Assembly (NCBI GenBank): GCA_963558245.1
Contig: CAUWGA010000003.1
Span: forward strand, 1,709 to 65,708
Length of the DNA stretch: 64,000 nt
From: an uncultured Clostridia bacterium
Lineage (GTDB): Bacteria > Bacillota > Clostridia > TANB77 > CAG-508
Direction of reading: 5' to 3'
The position numbers and the translations under genes are program-made. Each line of letters opens with the position of its first letter. The first letter of the stretch is position 1. Positions 19,371-28,554 of this stretch are shown piece after piece. The notes beneath the pieces were generated by a model. The model did no database searches. It was not told where the DNA came from and saw only the letters and a list, made by a program, of their open reading frames with translations.

Positions 19371-20705
19371 TTATCCATCAAAACGTTTTTCTATATTAAC
19401 AAATTTTGTATAACTTCCAAGCCACAATAGTTCTACTGTACCTGTTGAACCTCCTCTGTGTTTTGCCATAATAACTTCTGCTATACCTTTTTTTTCACTA
19501 TCTTCATTATAATAGTCATCTCTATATAAAAACATAACTATATCCGCATCTTGTTCTATTGCTCCTGATTCTCTTAAGTCTGATAACATTGGTCTATGGT
19601 CTGGTCTTTGTTCAGCAGCTCTTGACAATTGTGACAATGCTATTACTGGTACATCTAATTCTTTAGCAAGTATTTTTAAAGAACGGCTTATTTCTGAAAT
19701 TTCTTGTTCACGACTACCACTTCTTTTATTGCTTCCTTGTATTAATTGCAAATAGTCTATTACAACCATACCTATATTTTTTTCTATTTTTAGTTTTCTA
19801 CATTTTGCTCTTATCTCAGTTATATTTATACCTGGTGTATCGTCAATATATACTTCTGCTTCTGATAAAGGTCCTATTGCTCCTGCAAGTTTAGTCCAAT
19901 CATCTTCTTCTAATTTACCAGTTCTAACTTTGTTACTGTCTACCATTGCTTCACTACATAAAATTCTGTTTACTAACTGTTCTTTTGACATTTCCAAACT
20001 AAATACTGCAACAGGGACATTTGCTCTTACTGCTGCATTTGTTGCTATATTTAGTGCAAATGCTGTTTTTCCCATAGCAGGTCTTGCAGCTATAAGTATC
20101 AATTCTGAACCATGAAATCCTGCTGTTCTATAGTCAAGTTCTATAAAACCAGATGGAACACCTGTTATATGTTGTTTTCTGTTATATAGTTCTTCTAATT
20201 TAGTAAATGATTCGACTAAAACATCTTTTATAGGTTCATATCCTTTTTGGTTTTTTTCTTGCATAACATTAAATATTTTCTTTTCTGCACCTTCCATAAT
20301 GTCTTCTACATCTTCTGTTGGATTATAACCTAATTCAATAATTTCATTAGCTGTTTTTATTAACTGTCTTAATGTTGATTTTTCTTCTACTATTTTAATA
20401 TATTTCATAGCATTTGCTGTTGTAGGAACTTTTTCAGGTAATTCAGCTAAATACTCTAATCCACCAATTTGGTCAAATTTCCCCATACTTTCTAGCTCTG
20501 ACTTTACAGTAATAATATCAATTGGCTCAGATTTATTATATAAATTTAAAATAGCTCTATATATAGATTTATTATCTTCTCTATAAAAATCATCTTCTTT
20601 TAGCACCTCAACAGCTGAAATAACAGCATCTCTATCTGTAAGCATACTTCCTATTATAGCTTGTTCTGCTTCTACATCATTTGGTGGTACCTTTCCTAAT
20701 TCCAT
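19371..20705 (-). CDS. dnaB: Replicative DNA helicase DnaB
   Basis: PPNDVEAEQAIIGS N-terminus and Walker A ARPAMGKTAFAL. Start is most likely ATG 20705 (GGAG 6 nt upstream), with ATG 20717 as an alternative. The longer track ORF reads through repeat copy C. Confidence 0.9.
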   Translation of the reverse strand: MELGKVPPNDVEAEQAIIGSMLTDRDAVISAVEVLKEDDFYREDNKSIYRAILNLYNKSEPIDIITVKSELESMGKFDQIGGLEYLAELPEKVPTTANAMKYIKIVEEKSTLRQLIKTANEIIELGYNPTEDVEDIMEGAEKKIFNVMQEKNQKGYEPIKDVLVESFTKLEELYNRKQHITGVPSGFIELDYRTAGFHGSELILIAARPAMGKTAFALNIATNAAVRANVPVAVFSLEMSKEQLVNRILCSEAMVDSNKVRTGKLEEDDWTKLAGAIGPLSEAEVYIDDTPGINITEIRAKCRKLKIEKNIGMVVIDYLQLIQGSNKRSGSREQEISEISRSLKILAKELDVPVIALSQLSRAAEQRPDHRPMLSDLRESGAIEQDADIVMFLYRDDYYNEDSEKKGIAEVIMAKHRGGSTGTVELLWLGSYTKFVNIEKRFDG

Positions 20706-20720
20706 TTTTTTCTCCATTCT

Positions 20721-20804
20721 TGTCCTATTGGGGACGTTTCTGAAGTGGACATTTTTGCAATTTTTTTCCAAAATGTCCACTTCAGAAACGTCCCTAATAG
20801 GACA
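20721..20804. repeat. GTCC/GGAC palindromic repeat family, copy C (inverted dimer)
   Basis: Arms 20721-20755 and 20768-20804. It lies between the rplI stop and the dnaB RBS. Confidence 0.85.
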
Positions 20805-20806
20805 TC

Positions 20807-21253
20807 TTATTTACTAATAACATTTACTTTTAATTTTCCGATTACACCCTCAAACAATTTTATTTCTACTGTTCTTAACCCTAGTGTTTTTATTGTTTCT
20901 TTTAAATCTATTTTTTTCTTATCTACTTCAATATTATAATTTTCCTTTAGTAAGTCTGCTATTTCTTTTGCTGATACTCCTCCAAATATTTTTCCGTTTT
21001 CTCCTGCTTTTACTGGTACTTTTAATTGAATTTTTGACATTTTTTCAGCTATATTTTTAGCTTCTTCTTTTTCTTGTCCTTTTTTATATGCTTTTGAATT
21101 TTCTTGTGCTTTTAGTTTACTCATATTTTCTGCATTTGCTTCTACTGCTAAATTTTTAGGAAATAAAAAGTTTCTTACATATCCATCTGATGCACTTATT
21201 ACTTGGTCTTTTTTTCCTACTCCTTTTATATCTGCTTTTAATATTACTTTCAT
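20807..21253 (-). CDS. rplI: 50S ribosomal protein L9
   Basis: MKVILKADIKGVGKKDQVISASDGYVRNFLFPKNLA. Confidence 0.93.
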   Translation of the reverse strand: MKVILKADIKGVGKKDQVISASDGYVRNFLFPKNLAVEANAENMSKLKAQENSKAYKKGQEKEEAKNIAEKMSKIQLKVPVKAGENGKIFGGVSAKEIADLLKENYNIEVDKKKIDLKETIKTLGLRTVEIKLFEGVIGKLKVNVISK

Positions 21254-21300
21254 ATTATCACGCCTTTCTATATCGCTTATTATTTAAAACTTAAATTTTA

Positions 21301-22437
21301 TTATTTTACAACATATCCATTTGATGCATCTTTTATTATATGACTATAATTTAAAGAAACTACAGGGAATATAGAAAATTTACCTTGACTAAATGATATT
21401 TTTTTATCATGCGCATAATACATATATCTTGCACTCACATTCCCCTCATAAACTGCACGTATACTAAATTCAAAATAATCTGTATAAGTATTAATAGCAC
21501 GTGAAGCTATCCAATACGTAGTATTTAAACCTTTAGGAATTATCAAATCATAATAATTTATTCCATTTACTGTTTTTTTAAAAGCTGTTTGCATAAAATT
21601 TTTATCTTTTTCCCAATATGTTTGATATGGCTGAATACTTGTAGCGGTTTTTTTTCCATCATATGCCCCATCATCTGTTTTACCAATTAATTCTATTTGT
21701 TCACTAATTAGTAGCCCATTCACATTTTTCTTTTCATCTATTACACTTAAATTTTCTTTTTCATATATTGTTGGATAGCTTTCGTTAAATGTATATGGCA
21801 TTGCTACTTGCTGTCCATATTTTATTACATTCGTATATTCATGAGCATTTGCTAAGGCTTCTGGTGTCATATATTTTTCTATATCCTCAATATTAATGCT
21901 TTTTGCCTTTATTCCTTTTGCTGAATTTCCATATAAACTACTACATGCATCATTTAATAATTTCACACCATTGTTATATCCTTGTGCATATTGTAAAAGT
22001 ACTTTTCCTATTGTTGGAGATGTTGGCACTAATGTTACTTGTTTATTTTCTTTGTCAATGTCTAATACTCTCCATGTGCTTATTTTATATTCTTCCTTAC
22101 TACTATCTAACATTACATCATCTGTTCCAGATATCATTGATGGTGAATAATATTCTGCCTGCCAGTTATATGTTCCAGTTGGAGTATATGTTACTGTATC
22201 TCCGATTTGTAATTCATCTATTATATCATAATTTTGTTCATATAATTGGTCCATCATGCTATCATCTTGTTTATATTCCTCTTGTATTTTTCTTATTTGC
22301 TCAGCTTGAGATGATAATTTATTAGTCATACTTCCATATATAACTATCATGGTTAATAGAACTACTAACAAACTAGATAATACAAATATTGTAATTGAAC
22401 CTTGTTCACTTTTTTTTAATTTCCTTAAAAGCTCCAT
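21301..22437 (-). CDS. Membrane-anchored hypothetical protein with TadE/pseudopilin-like N-terminus
   Basis: The N-terminus KKSEQGSITIFVLSSLLVVLLTMIVIYG is followed by a helical segment. I recognised no motif in the C-terminal region. Confidence 0.5.
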   Translation of the reverse strand: MELLRKLKKSEQGSITIFVLSSLLVVLLTMIVIYGSMTNKLSSQAEQIRKIQEEYKQDDSMMDQLYEQNYDIIDELQIGDTVTYTPTGTYNWQAEYYSPSMISGTDDVMLDSSKEEYKISTWRVLDIDKENKQVTLVPTSPTIGKVLLQYAQGYNNGVKLLNDACSSLYGNSAKGIKAKSINIEDIEKYMTPEALANAHEYTNVIKYGQQVAMPYTFNESYPTIYEKENLSVIDEKKNVNGLLISEQIELIGKTDDGAYDGKKTATSIQPYQTYWEKDKNFMQTAFKKTVNGINYYDLIIPKGLNTTYWIASRAINTYTDYFEFSIRAVYEGNVSARYMYYAHDKKISFSQGKFSIFPVVSLNYSHIIKDASNGYVVK

Positions 22438-22462
22438 AGCATTCTAACTCCTATCTTTTGTT

Positions 22463-24490
22463 TTATGCTTCTATTTCTGAGAAGTATTCATTAATTCTAT
22501 TTTTTAGTTCTTGAATTGTTTCTTCCATTGTCATATTTTCAACTTGAGCTCCTGCTAAAGTTATATGACCTCCTCCTCCTAATTTTTCAAGAATTAATTG
22601 TACATTTATATCCCCTATTGAACGTCCACTTATACATATTCTATTTCCTGTATTTCCTAATACAAATGATGCTGTTATGTCACTTATTGTAAGTAATTCG
22701 TCTGCTGCTTTAGCACAAATTAAGCTTGCATCTTTAGTTATTTCGTCATATGTTGATATTGCTATTCCATTTCCAATTAGTTCTGATTTTTTTACTATAT
22801 CTGCTATTATATTGAAACTTGAAAAATCACTTTGGAACCATTTTTTTACTCTTATTATATCTACACCACATCTACGCAAATATGCTGCTGCTTCAAATGT
22901 TCTTACTCCTGTTTTAAATGTAAAGTTTTTTGTATCCATCATTATTCCTGCATATAAGCTTTCTGCTTCTACTGTTTTTAAGTCCACCTTAACTTCTGCA
23001 TATTGTAATAATTCTGTTACTAATTCCGCTGCTGAAGATGCATATACTTCTTGGAACATTAATGTGGCATTTTCAATAAATGCTGTACTTCTTCTATGAT
23101 GATCTATAACTACAATTTTTGGTACTTTTTCTAATAGTTCTGGACTGTCTACATAGTTTATTTTGTGTGTATCTACAACTACTAATAATGTATCTTCATC
23201 CACATTTTCTAGTGCTACTTCTTTATTTATAATTACATCTTCATATTCTGGATTTTTACTTATTTCTTTTATAAATGGTTGTAAAGATGCAGAATTATCA
23301 CTACATACAATATATGCATTTATATTTAGTGATTTAGCCAGTCTATATATTCCCATACATGAGCCCATACTATCCATATCAGCATTTGTATGTCCCATAA
23401 CCATAACTTTACTTGATTCTTTTATTAAATTTTCTAAAGCATGTGCAACTACTCTTGCTTTTACTTTAGTTCTTTTTTCTACTTCTTCAGCTCTGCCTCC
23501 GAAAAATTTGTATATTTCATTTTCTCTAATTACAGCTTGGTCTCCACCACGTCCTAATACTACATCCATCGCTGACTGTGCAGATTTATATTTTTCTTTA
23601 TCTGTTTTTCCTTCATTTGATAATGCTATACTTAATGTAAATTGAACTTTTTCTTTTGTATTAATGTCTTTTATTTTGTCCAATATACTAAACTTATCTT
23701 CCTTTATTTTTTCTAGGTATCTTTGTTCAAATAATAATGCATATCTATCTCTATCTGATTTTATTAATACACCATTTGCTTTGTTTGCCCAGTCATACAT
23801 TTCTTTATCTATTTCTGCCATTATTTGAGGTTTTTCACTTGCATCTAGTCTTTGCATGTTTTCTTCATAGTTATCCACCATTATGATTCCTACACATGAT
23901 TTTGAATCTGTATATTCTTTTTGTAGTTTCACATTTTCTGTTATATCTATAAAATATAATATAATCATGTATTCTCTTTTAGTTCTTTTTTCTTTAGATT
24001 TATTTCTAAAGTTAACATATCTACCTATTATTTTATAGTATTTTTTTCCTATTTTTATTTGTTTTATAATGTCTTTATTTCTTTCTATTCCATTTTTTTC
24101 TTCTGTCTTTTTCTTTACCTCATCTATTAAATCGTTCAAATATATGTTTATATCAATATTTACAAATTCTGTTGTAAATTTTGTACTTCTCCATATTATA
24201 TTTCCATCTGTTTCTAAAATAATTAGTGGAAATGGCGAATTAATTAAACTCGTTTTTGCTGCTGTATCTATTGTTAAAGTTAAATCTTGCAATGTTTCTG
24301 AAATTTCACTTTTTCTTTTTTTGTTTGCATAATAAGTATATCCAACAACTATTAGATAAATTATAATTGATGGAATTAACATATATATATTTTCTATGCT
24401 AACAATTATCAATAAAACTAAAATGATAGCTAAATATATTTTAGTTCTAGATACTATTGTTTCCAATACTTTTCTATTATTATTTTGCAT
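22463..24490 (-). CDS. gdpP: GdpP-type cyclic-di-AMP phosphodiesterase (2 TM, PAS-like, degenerate GGDEF, DHH/DHHA1)
   Basis: VVIDHHRR (DHH) and GGGGH (DHHA1) motifs, N-terminal TM helices, and the conserved position upstream of rplI-dnaB. Confidence 0.85.
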   Translation of the reverse strand: MQNNNRKVLETIVSRTKIYLAIILVLLIIVSIENIYMLIPSIIIYLIVVGYTYYANKKRKSEISETLQDLTLTIDTAAKTSLINSPFPLIILETDGNIIWRSTKFTTEFVNIDINIYLNDLIDEVKKKTEEKNGIERNKDIIKQIKIGKKYYKIIGRYVNFRNKSKEKRTKREYMIILYFIDITENVKLQKEYTDSKSCVGIIMVDNYEENMQRLDASEKPQIMAEIDKEMYDWANKANGVLIKSDRDRYALLFEQRYLEKIKEDKFSILDKIKDINTKEKVQFTLSIALSNEGKTDKEKYKSAQSAMDVVLGRGGDQAVIRENEIYKFFGGRAEEVEKRTKVKARVVAHALENLIKESSKVMVMGHTNADMDSMGSCMGIYRLAKSLNINAYIVCSDNSASLQPFIKEISKNPEYEDVIINKEVALENVDEDTLLVVVDTHKINYVDSPELLEKVPKIVVIDHHRRSTAFIENATLMFQEVYASSAAELVTELLQYAEVKVDLKTVEAESLYAGIMMDTKNFTFKTGVRTFEAAAYLRRCGVDIIRVKKWFQSDFSSFNIIADIVKKSELIGNGIAISTYDEITKDASLICAKAADELLTISDITASFVLGNTGNRICISGRSIGDINVQLILEKLGGGGHITLAGAQVENMTMEETIQELKNRINEYFSEIEA

Positions 24491-24672
24491 AGTAATCTCC
24501 TTCTATTTACTCTATTATATTTTACTCGTAAAAGCACCTTTTGTCAAGAAACCACAAGTATTTAACTGATTTTAAAAATTGAAAATAATATTGTTATTTT
24601 TACTATTTAAACATTTTTTATATTTAAAACATTCATAAATTAAATGAATTTTCCATTTTTAATAAATCTATT

Positions 24673-24817
24673 AAAAAAACAAGTAGGTATTATTTATAAA
24701 ATACTGCGTAAGCGACCAAACGAGCTTTAGCGAGTGCGATTGGAGCAACCAACAACAATTTAATTATGTGGTTGCGACACACAAAGTATTTTATAAATAA
24801 TACCTACTTGTTTTTTT
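24673..24817. repeat. Perfect 33-bp inverted repeat with a 79-nt GC-enriched spacer, downstream of rpoC
   Basis: 24673-24705 (AAAAAAACAAGTAGGTATTATTTATAAAATACT) is the exact reverse complement of 24785-24817. By hand count the spacer is about 46% G+C in a genome that is otherwise about three-quarters A+T. Confidence 0.85.
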
Positions 24818-24873
24818 ACTTATGTTTTTATTTACTAAGTTAAAATATTTTTTCCTCTTACTACAAAATCAGG

Positions 24874-27800
24874 TTATTCAGCTTCAATTGTAGTTGGATT
24901 TACAGCTTCTTCTATATCTGCTGTTTCTTCTAATTCTTTTTCTGTATTTATATGAATGTTTTGGTATTTTTGCATACCTGTTCCTGCTGGGATTAATTTA
25001 CCAATAATAACATTTTCTTTTAATCCAATTAAGTCGTCAACTTTACCTTTAACAGCTGCTTCTGTTAATACTCTAGTTGTTTCTTGGAATGATGCAGCAG
25101 ATAAGAAGCTATCTGTAGCAAGTGATGCTTTTGTAATTCCAAGTAGTACTCTTTTTCCTGTTGCTGGTCTTTTGCCATTTTCTATTGCTTGTTTATTTTT
25201 TGCTTCGAATTCATACATATCGATTAATGCTCCTGGGAACATATCCGTATCTGCATTGTCTTCTACTCTGATTTTCTTAAGCATTTGTCTTGCAATTACT
25301 TCAACGTGTTTATCATTGATATCAACACCTTGATTTCTATATACTTTTTGTACCTCAGAAATCAAGTATTCAAATACTCCTTCTGGTCCTTTGATTTCTA
25401 GTAATTCTCCTGGATTTACAGAACCTTCAATAAGTGGTTGTGCTACTTCTACCATGTCTCCATCTTTTACTTTCATTTTTGAACCAAATGGTATTGTATA
25501 AGTTCTTGAATCATCTCCAGATGTTACAATAACTTCTTTTTTCTTCTTAGTTTCTTTTATTTTTACTTTACCAGCTATTTCTGTGATTATTGCTAATCCC
25601 TTTGGTTTTCTAGCTTCAAATAATTCCTCAACTCTAGGAAGACCTTGTGTAATATCTGCTACACCTGCAACACCACCTGAGTGGATAGTTCTCATTGTAA
25701 GCTGTGTACCAGGCTCACCAATTGATTGTGCAGCAACTATACCTACTGATTCTCCTATTGATACTAAATCTCTTCTTGCTAATCCCATACCATAACATTT
25801 TTGACATACACCACGTTTTGAGTGGCATCCTAGTACTGAACGTACTTCTAATTTGTCAATTCCAGCTGCAACGATATCATCAGCAATTTTTTCATTAATC
25901 ATTGTATCTGTATCAACAATTAATTCTTTTGTTTCTGGATGATATACATTATTTACAGCAAATCTTCCAACTAATCTTTCTTGCATCTTTTCAATTATTT
26001 GATTTCCGTCTTTTATGTCATATACAACATAACCTTCATCTGTTCCACAGTCATGTTCTCTAACAATTATATCTTGTGATACATCAACTAATCTTCTTGT
26101 TAAATATCCAGAGTCAGCTGTTCTTAACGCTGTATCTGAAAGTCCTTTACGAGCTCCATGGGCTGAAATAAAGTATTCCAATGCATCTAGACCCTCTGCA
26201 AATGATGATCTAATAGGAATTTCAACAGCTTTACCTGTTGTACTAGCCATAAGTCCACGAATACCTGCAATTTGACGTAATTGGTTCATATTACCACGGG
26301 CTCCAGATTTAACCATCATGTATATTGGGTTTAATTCATCGAAGTTATCTTCCATAGCTTTACTAACTTCGCCTGTTGTTTTTTCCCATGTACTAATAAC
26401 TGCATTATATCTTTCTTCGTTAGTTATTAAACCACGTACATATTGTTTTCTGATATTTTCTATTTGCTCATCAGCTTTTGCTAAGATGTCTTTTTTAGCT
26501 GGTGGTACTTTAACATCGTCCATTGAGAATGTGATACCTGCAAGTGTTGAATATTTAAATCCTAAGGCTTTGATATAGTCTATAACTTTTGCAGATTCAG
26601 TTAGTCCATGTGTTCTTATTACTTTTTCAATAATTGTTCCCATTGATTTTTTCATAACTGGGAAACTTATTTCGTATTGGAATGGATCTTCTTTTCTGTC
26701 TATAAATCCTAAATCTTGAGGTATTCCTTGGTTAAATATAATTCTACCAACACTTGTTTCTATTTTTTTAGATTTTAGTTCTCCATCAATTTCTTTTGTT
26801 ATTCTTACAAATATTTTAGCATGAATTCCTACTTCATGGTTTTCAAAAGCCATTATTGCTTCTTCAGGATCTTTAAAGTATTTATTTTCTCCTTTTTCTC
26901 CTTCTAATACCATTGTTAAGTAGTATGAACCTAAAATCATGTCAAGTCTAGGTGTTGCAACTGGTTTACCATCTTGTGGTTTTAATAAGTTATTTGTAGA
27001 TAACATTAAATATCTTGATTCTGCTTGTGCTTCTGGTGATAATGGTAAGTGAACTGCCATTTGGTCACCGTCGAAGTCAGCGTTGAATGCTTCACAAACT
27101 AATGGGTGAAGTTTTATTGCTCTACCTTCTACTAGAACTGGCTCAAAACTTTGAATACCAAGTCTATGTAATGTCGGAGCACGGTTTAACATTACTGGAT
27201 GGTCTTTTATAACATCTTCTAATATTTCCCATACTTCTGGTCTTAATTTTTCTACCATTCTTTTTGCATTTTTAATATTTTGAGCAATTCCTCTACCTAC
27301 TAATTCTTTCATAACAAATGGCTTGAATAATTCTACTGCCATTTCTTTTGGTAAACCACATTGATATATTTTAAGTTCAGGTCCTACAACGATAACTGAA
27401 CGTCCTGAATAGTCAACACGTTTTCCAAGTAAGTTTTGACGGAAACGTCCTTGTTTTCCTTTTAACATATCTGATAATGATTTTAATGGTCTGTTTCCAG
27501 CTCCTGTTACTGGTCTACCACGTCTACCATTATCAATTAAAGCATCTACTGATTCTTGTAACATTCTTTTTTCGTTTCTTACTATTATTTCAGGTGCCCC
27601 TAATTCTAATAGTCTTTTTAAACGATTATTTCTGTTTATAACTCTTCTATATAAGTCATTTAAGTCTGATGTTGCAAATCTACCACCATCTAATTGTACC
27701 ATTGGTCTTAATTCTGGTGGAATAACTGGTACAACATTCATAACCATCCATTCAGGTTTATTACCTGAAAGTCTAAATGCTTCTACAGTATCTAGTCTTT

Positions 27801-28425
27801 TTACTAATTTTACTTTTCTTTGTTCACTAGCTGTTTCTAGTTCTTTTTTAATTTCTTCTGATAGTTTTTCAATATCAATTTCTTCTAATAATTCTCTTAT
27901 TGCTTCAGCACCCATTTTTGCTTTAAATGAACCTCTACCATATTTTTCTTGTGCTTCATGATATTCTTTTTCATTTAAAACTTGGCATTTGTCTAATCCT
28001 GTTGTTCCTTTATCAGTTACAACATATGATGCAAAATATATAACTTTTTCTAGATTTCTTGGTGAAATGTCTAGCATTAAAGCAATTCTACTTGGAATTC
28101 CTTTAAAATACCAAATATGAGCAACTGGTGCAGCAAGTTCTATATGTCCCATTCTTTCACGTCTAACTTTTGCCTTTGTTACTTCAACACCACATCTATC
28201 ACAAACAATTCCTTTATAACGAATTCTTTTATATTTTCCACAGTGACATTCCCAGTCTTTTGTTGGTCCAAATATTCTTTCACAGAATAAACCATCTTTT
28301 TCTGGTTTTAATGTTCTATAGTTTATAGTTTCAGGTTTTTTAACTTCACCTTTTGACCATTCTCTTATTTTTTCGTCTGATGCAACTCCAATTTTTATTT
28401 TATCAAAAACATCTAATTCGTCCAC
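24874..28425 (-). CDS. rpoC: DNA-directed RNA polymerase subunit beta'
   Basis: NADFDGDQM catalytic motif and zinc-binding [23 protein letters not shown] start after GAAGGGAG. Confidence 0.97.
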   Translation of the reverse strand: MDELDVFDKIKIGVASDEKIREWSKGEVKKPETINYRTLKPEKDGLFCERIFGPTKDWECHCGKYKRIRYKGIVCDRCGVEVTKAKVRRERMGHIELAAPVAHIWYFKGIPSRIALMLDISPRNLEKVIYFASYVVTDKGTTGLDKCQVLNEKEYHEAQEKYGRGSFKAKMGAEAIRELLEEIDIEKLSEEIKKELETASEQRKVKLVKRLDTVEAFRLSGNKPEWMVMNVVPVIPPELRPMVQLDGGRFATSDLNDLYRRVINRNNRLKRLLELGAPEIIVRNEKRMLQESVDALIDNGRRGRPVTGAGNRPLKSLSDMLKGKQGRFRQNLLGKRVDYSGRSVIVVGPELKIYQCGLPKEMAVELFKPFVMKELVGRGIAQNIKNAKRMVEKLRPEVWEILEDVIKDHPVMLNRAPTLHRLGIQSFEPVLVEGRAIKLHPLVCEAFNADFDGDQMAVHLPLSPEAQAESRYLMLSTNNLLKPQDGKPVATPRLDMILGSYYLTMVLEGEKGENKYFKDPEEAIMAFENHEVGIHAKIFVRITKEIDGELKSKKIETSVGRIIFNQGIPQDLGFIDRKEDPFQYEISFPVMKKSMGTIIEKVIRTHGLTESAKVIDYIKALGFKYSTLAGITFSMDDVKVPPAKKDILAKADEQIENIRKQYVRGLITNEERYNAVISTWEKTTGEVSKAMEDNFDELNPIYMMVKSGARGNMNQLRQIAGIRGLMASTTGKAVEIPIRSSFAEGLDALEYFISAHGARKGLSDTALRTADSGYLTRRLVDVSQDIIVREHDCGTDEGYVVYDIKDGNQIIEKMQERLVGRFAVNNVYHPETKELIVDTDTMINEKIADDIVAAGIDKLEVRSVLGCHSKRGVCQKCYGMGLARRDLVSIGESVGIVAAQSIGEPGTQLTMRTIHSGGVAGVADITQGLPRVEELFEARKPKGLAIITEIAGKVKIKETKKKKEVIVTSGDDSRTYTIPFGSKMKVKDGDMVEVAQPLIEGSVNPGELLEIKGPEGVFEYLISEVQKVYRNQGVDINDKHVEVIARQMLKKIRVEDNADTDMFPGALIDMYEFEAKNKQAIENGKRPATGKRVLLGITKASLATDSFLSAASFQETTRVLTEAAVKGKVDDLIGLKENVIIGKLIPAGTGMQKYQNIHINTEKELEETADIEEAVNPTTIEAE

Positions 28426-28554
28426 TTATTATTCTCCCTTCGTACGAATTTGTTTTGGTAATTTTAAAACAGGTTAAGAGGACTAACCACCGCTCTTGCA
28501 ATTCTTTCCTGTCGCCTCTTTCCTTTTTAAAATTTATTCAATTAGGTTTATTTT

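Noticed and set aside
28426-28554. A relatively GC-rich stretch in the rpoB-rpoC spacer (GGTTAAGAGGACTAACC, AAGAG...CTCTT) as a possible regulatory RNA.
   Set aside because: Only short 5-bp stems are present, and I saw no repeat copies elsewhere in the window. There is not enough evidence to call a feature.
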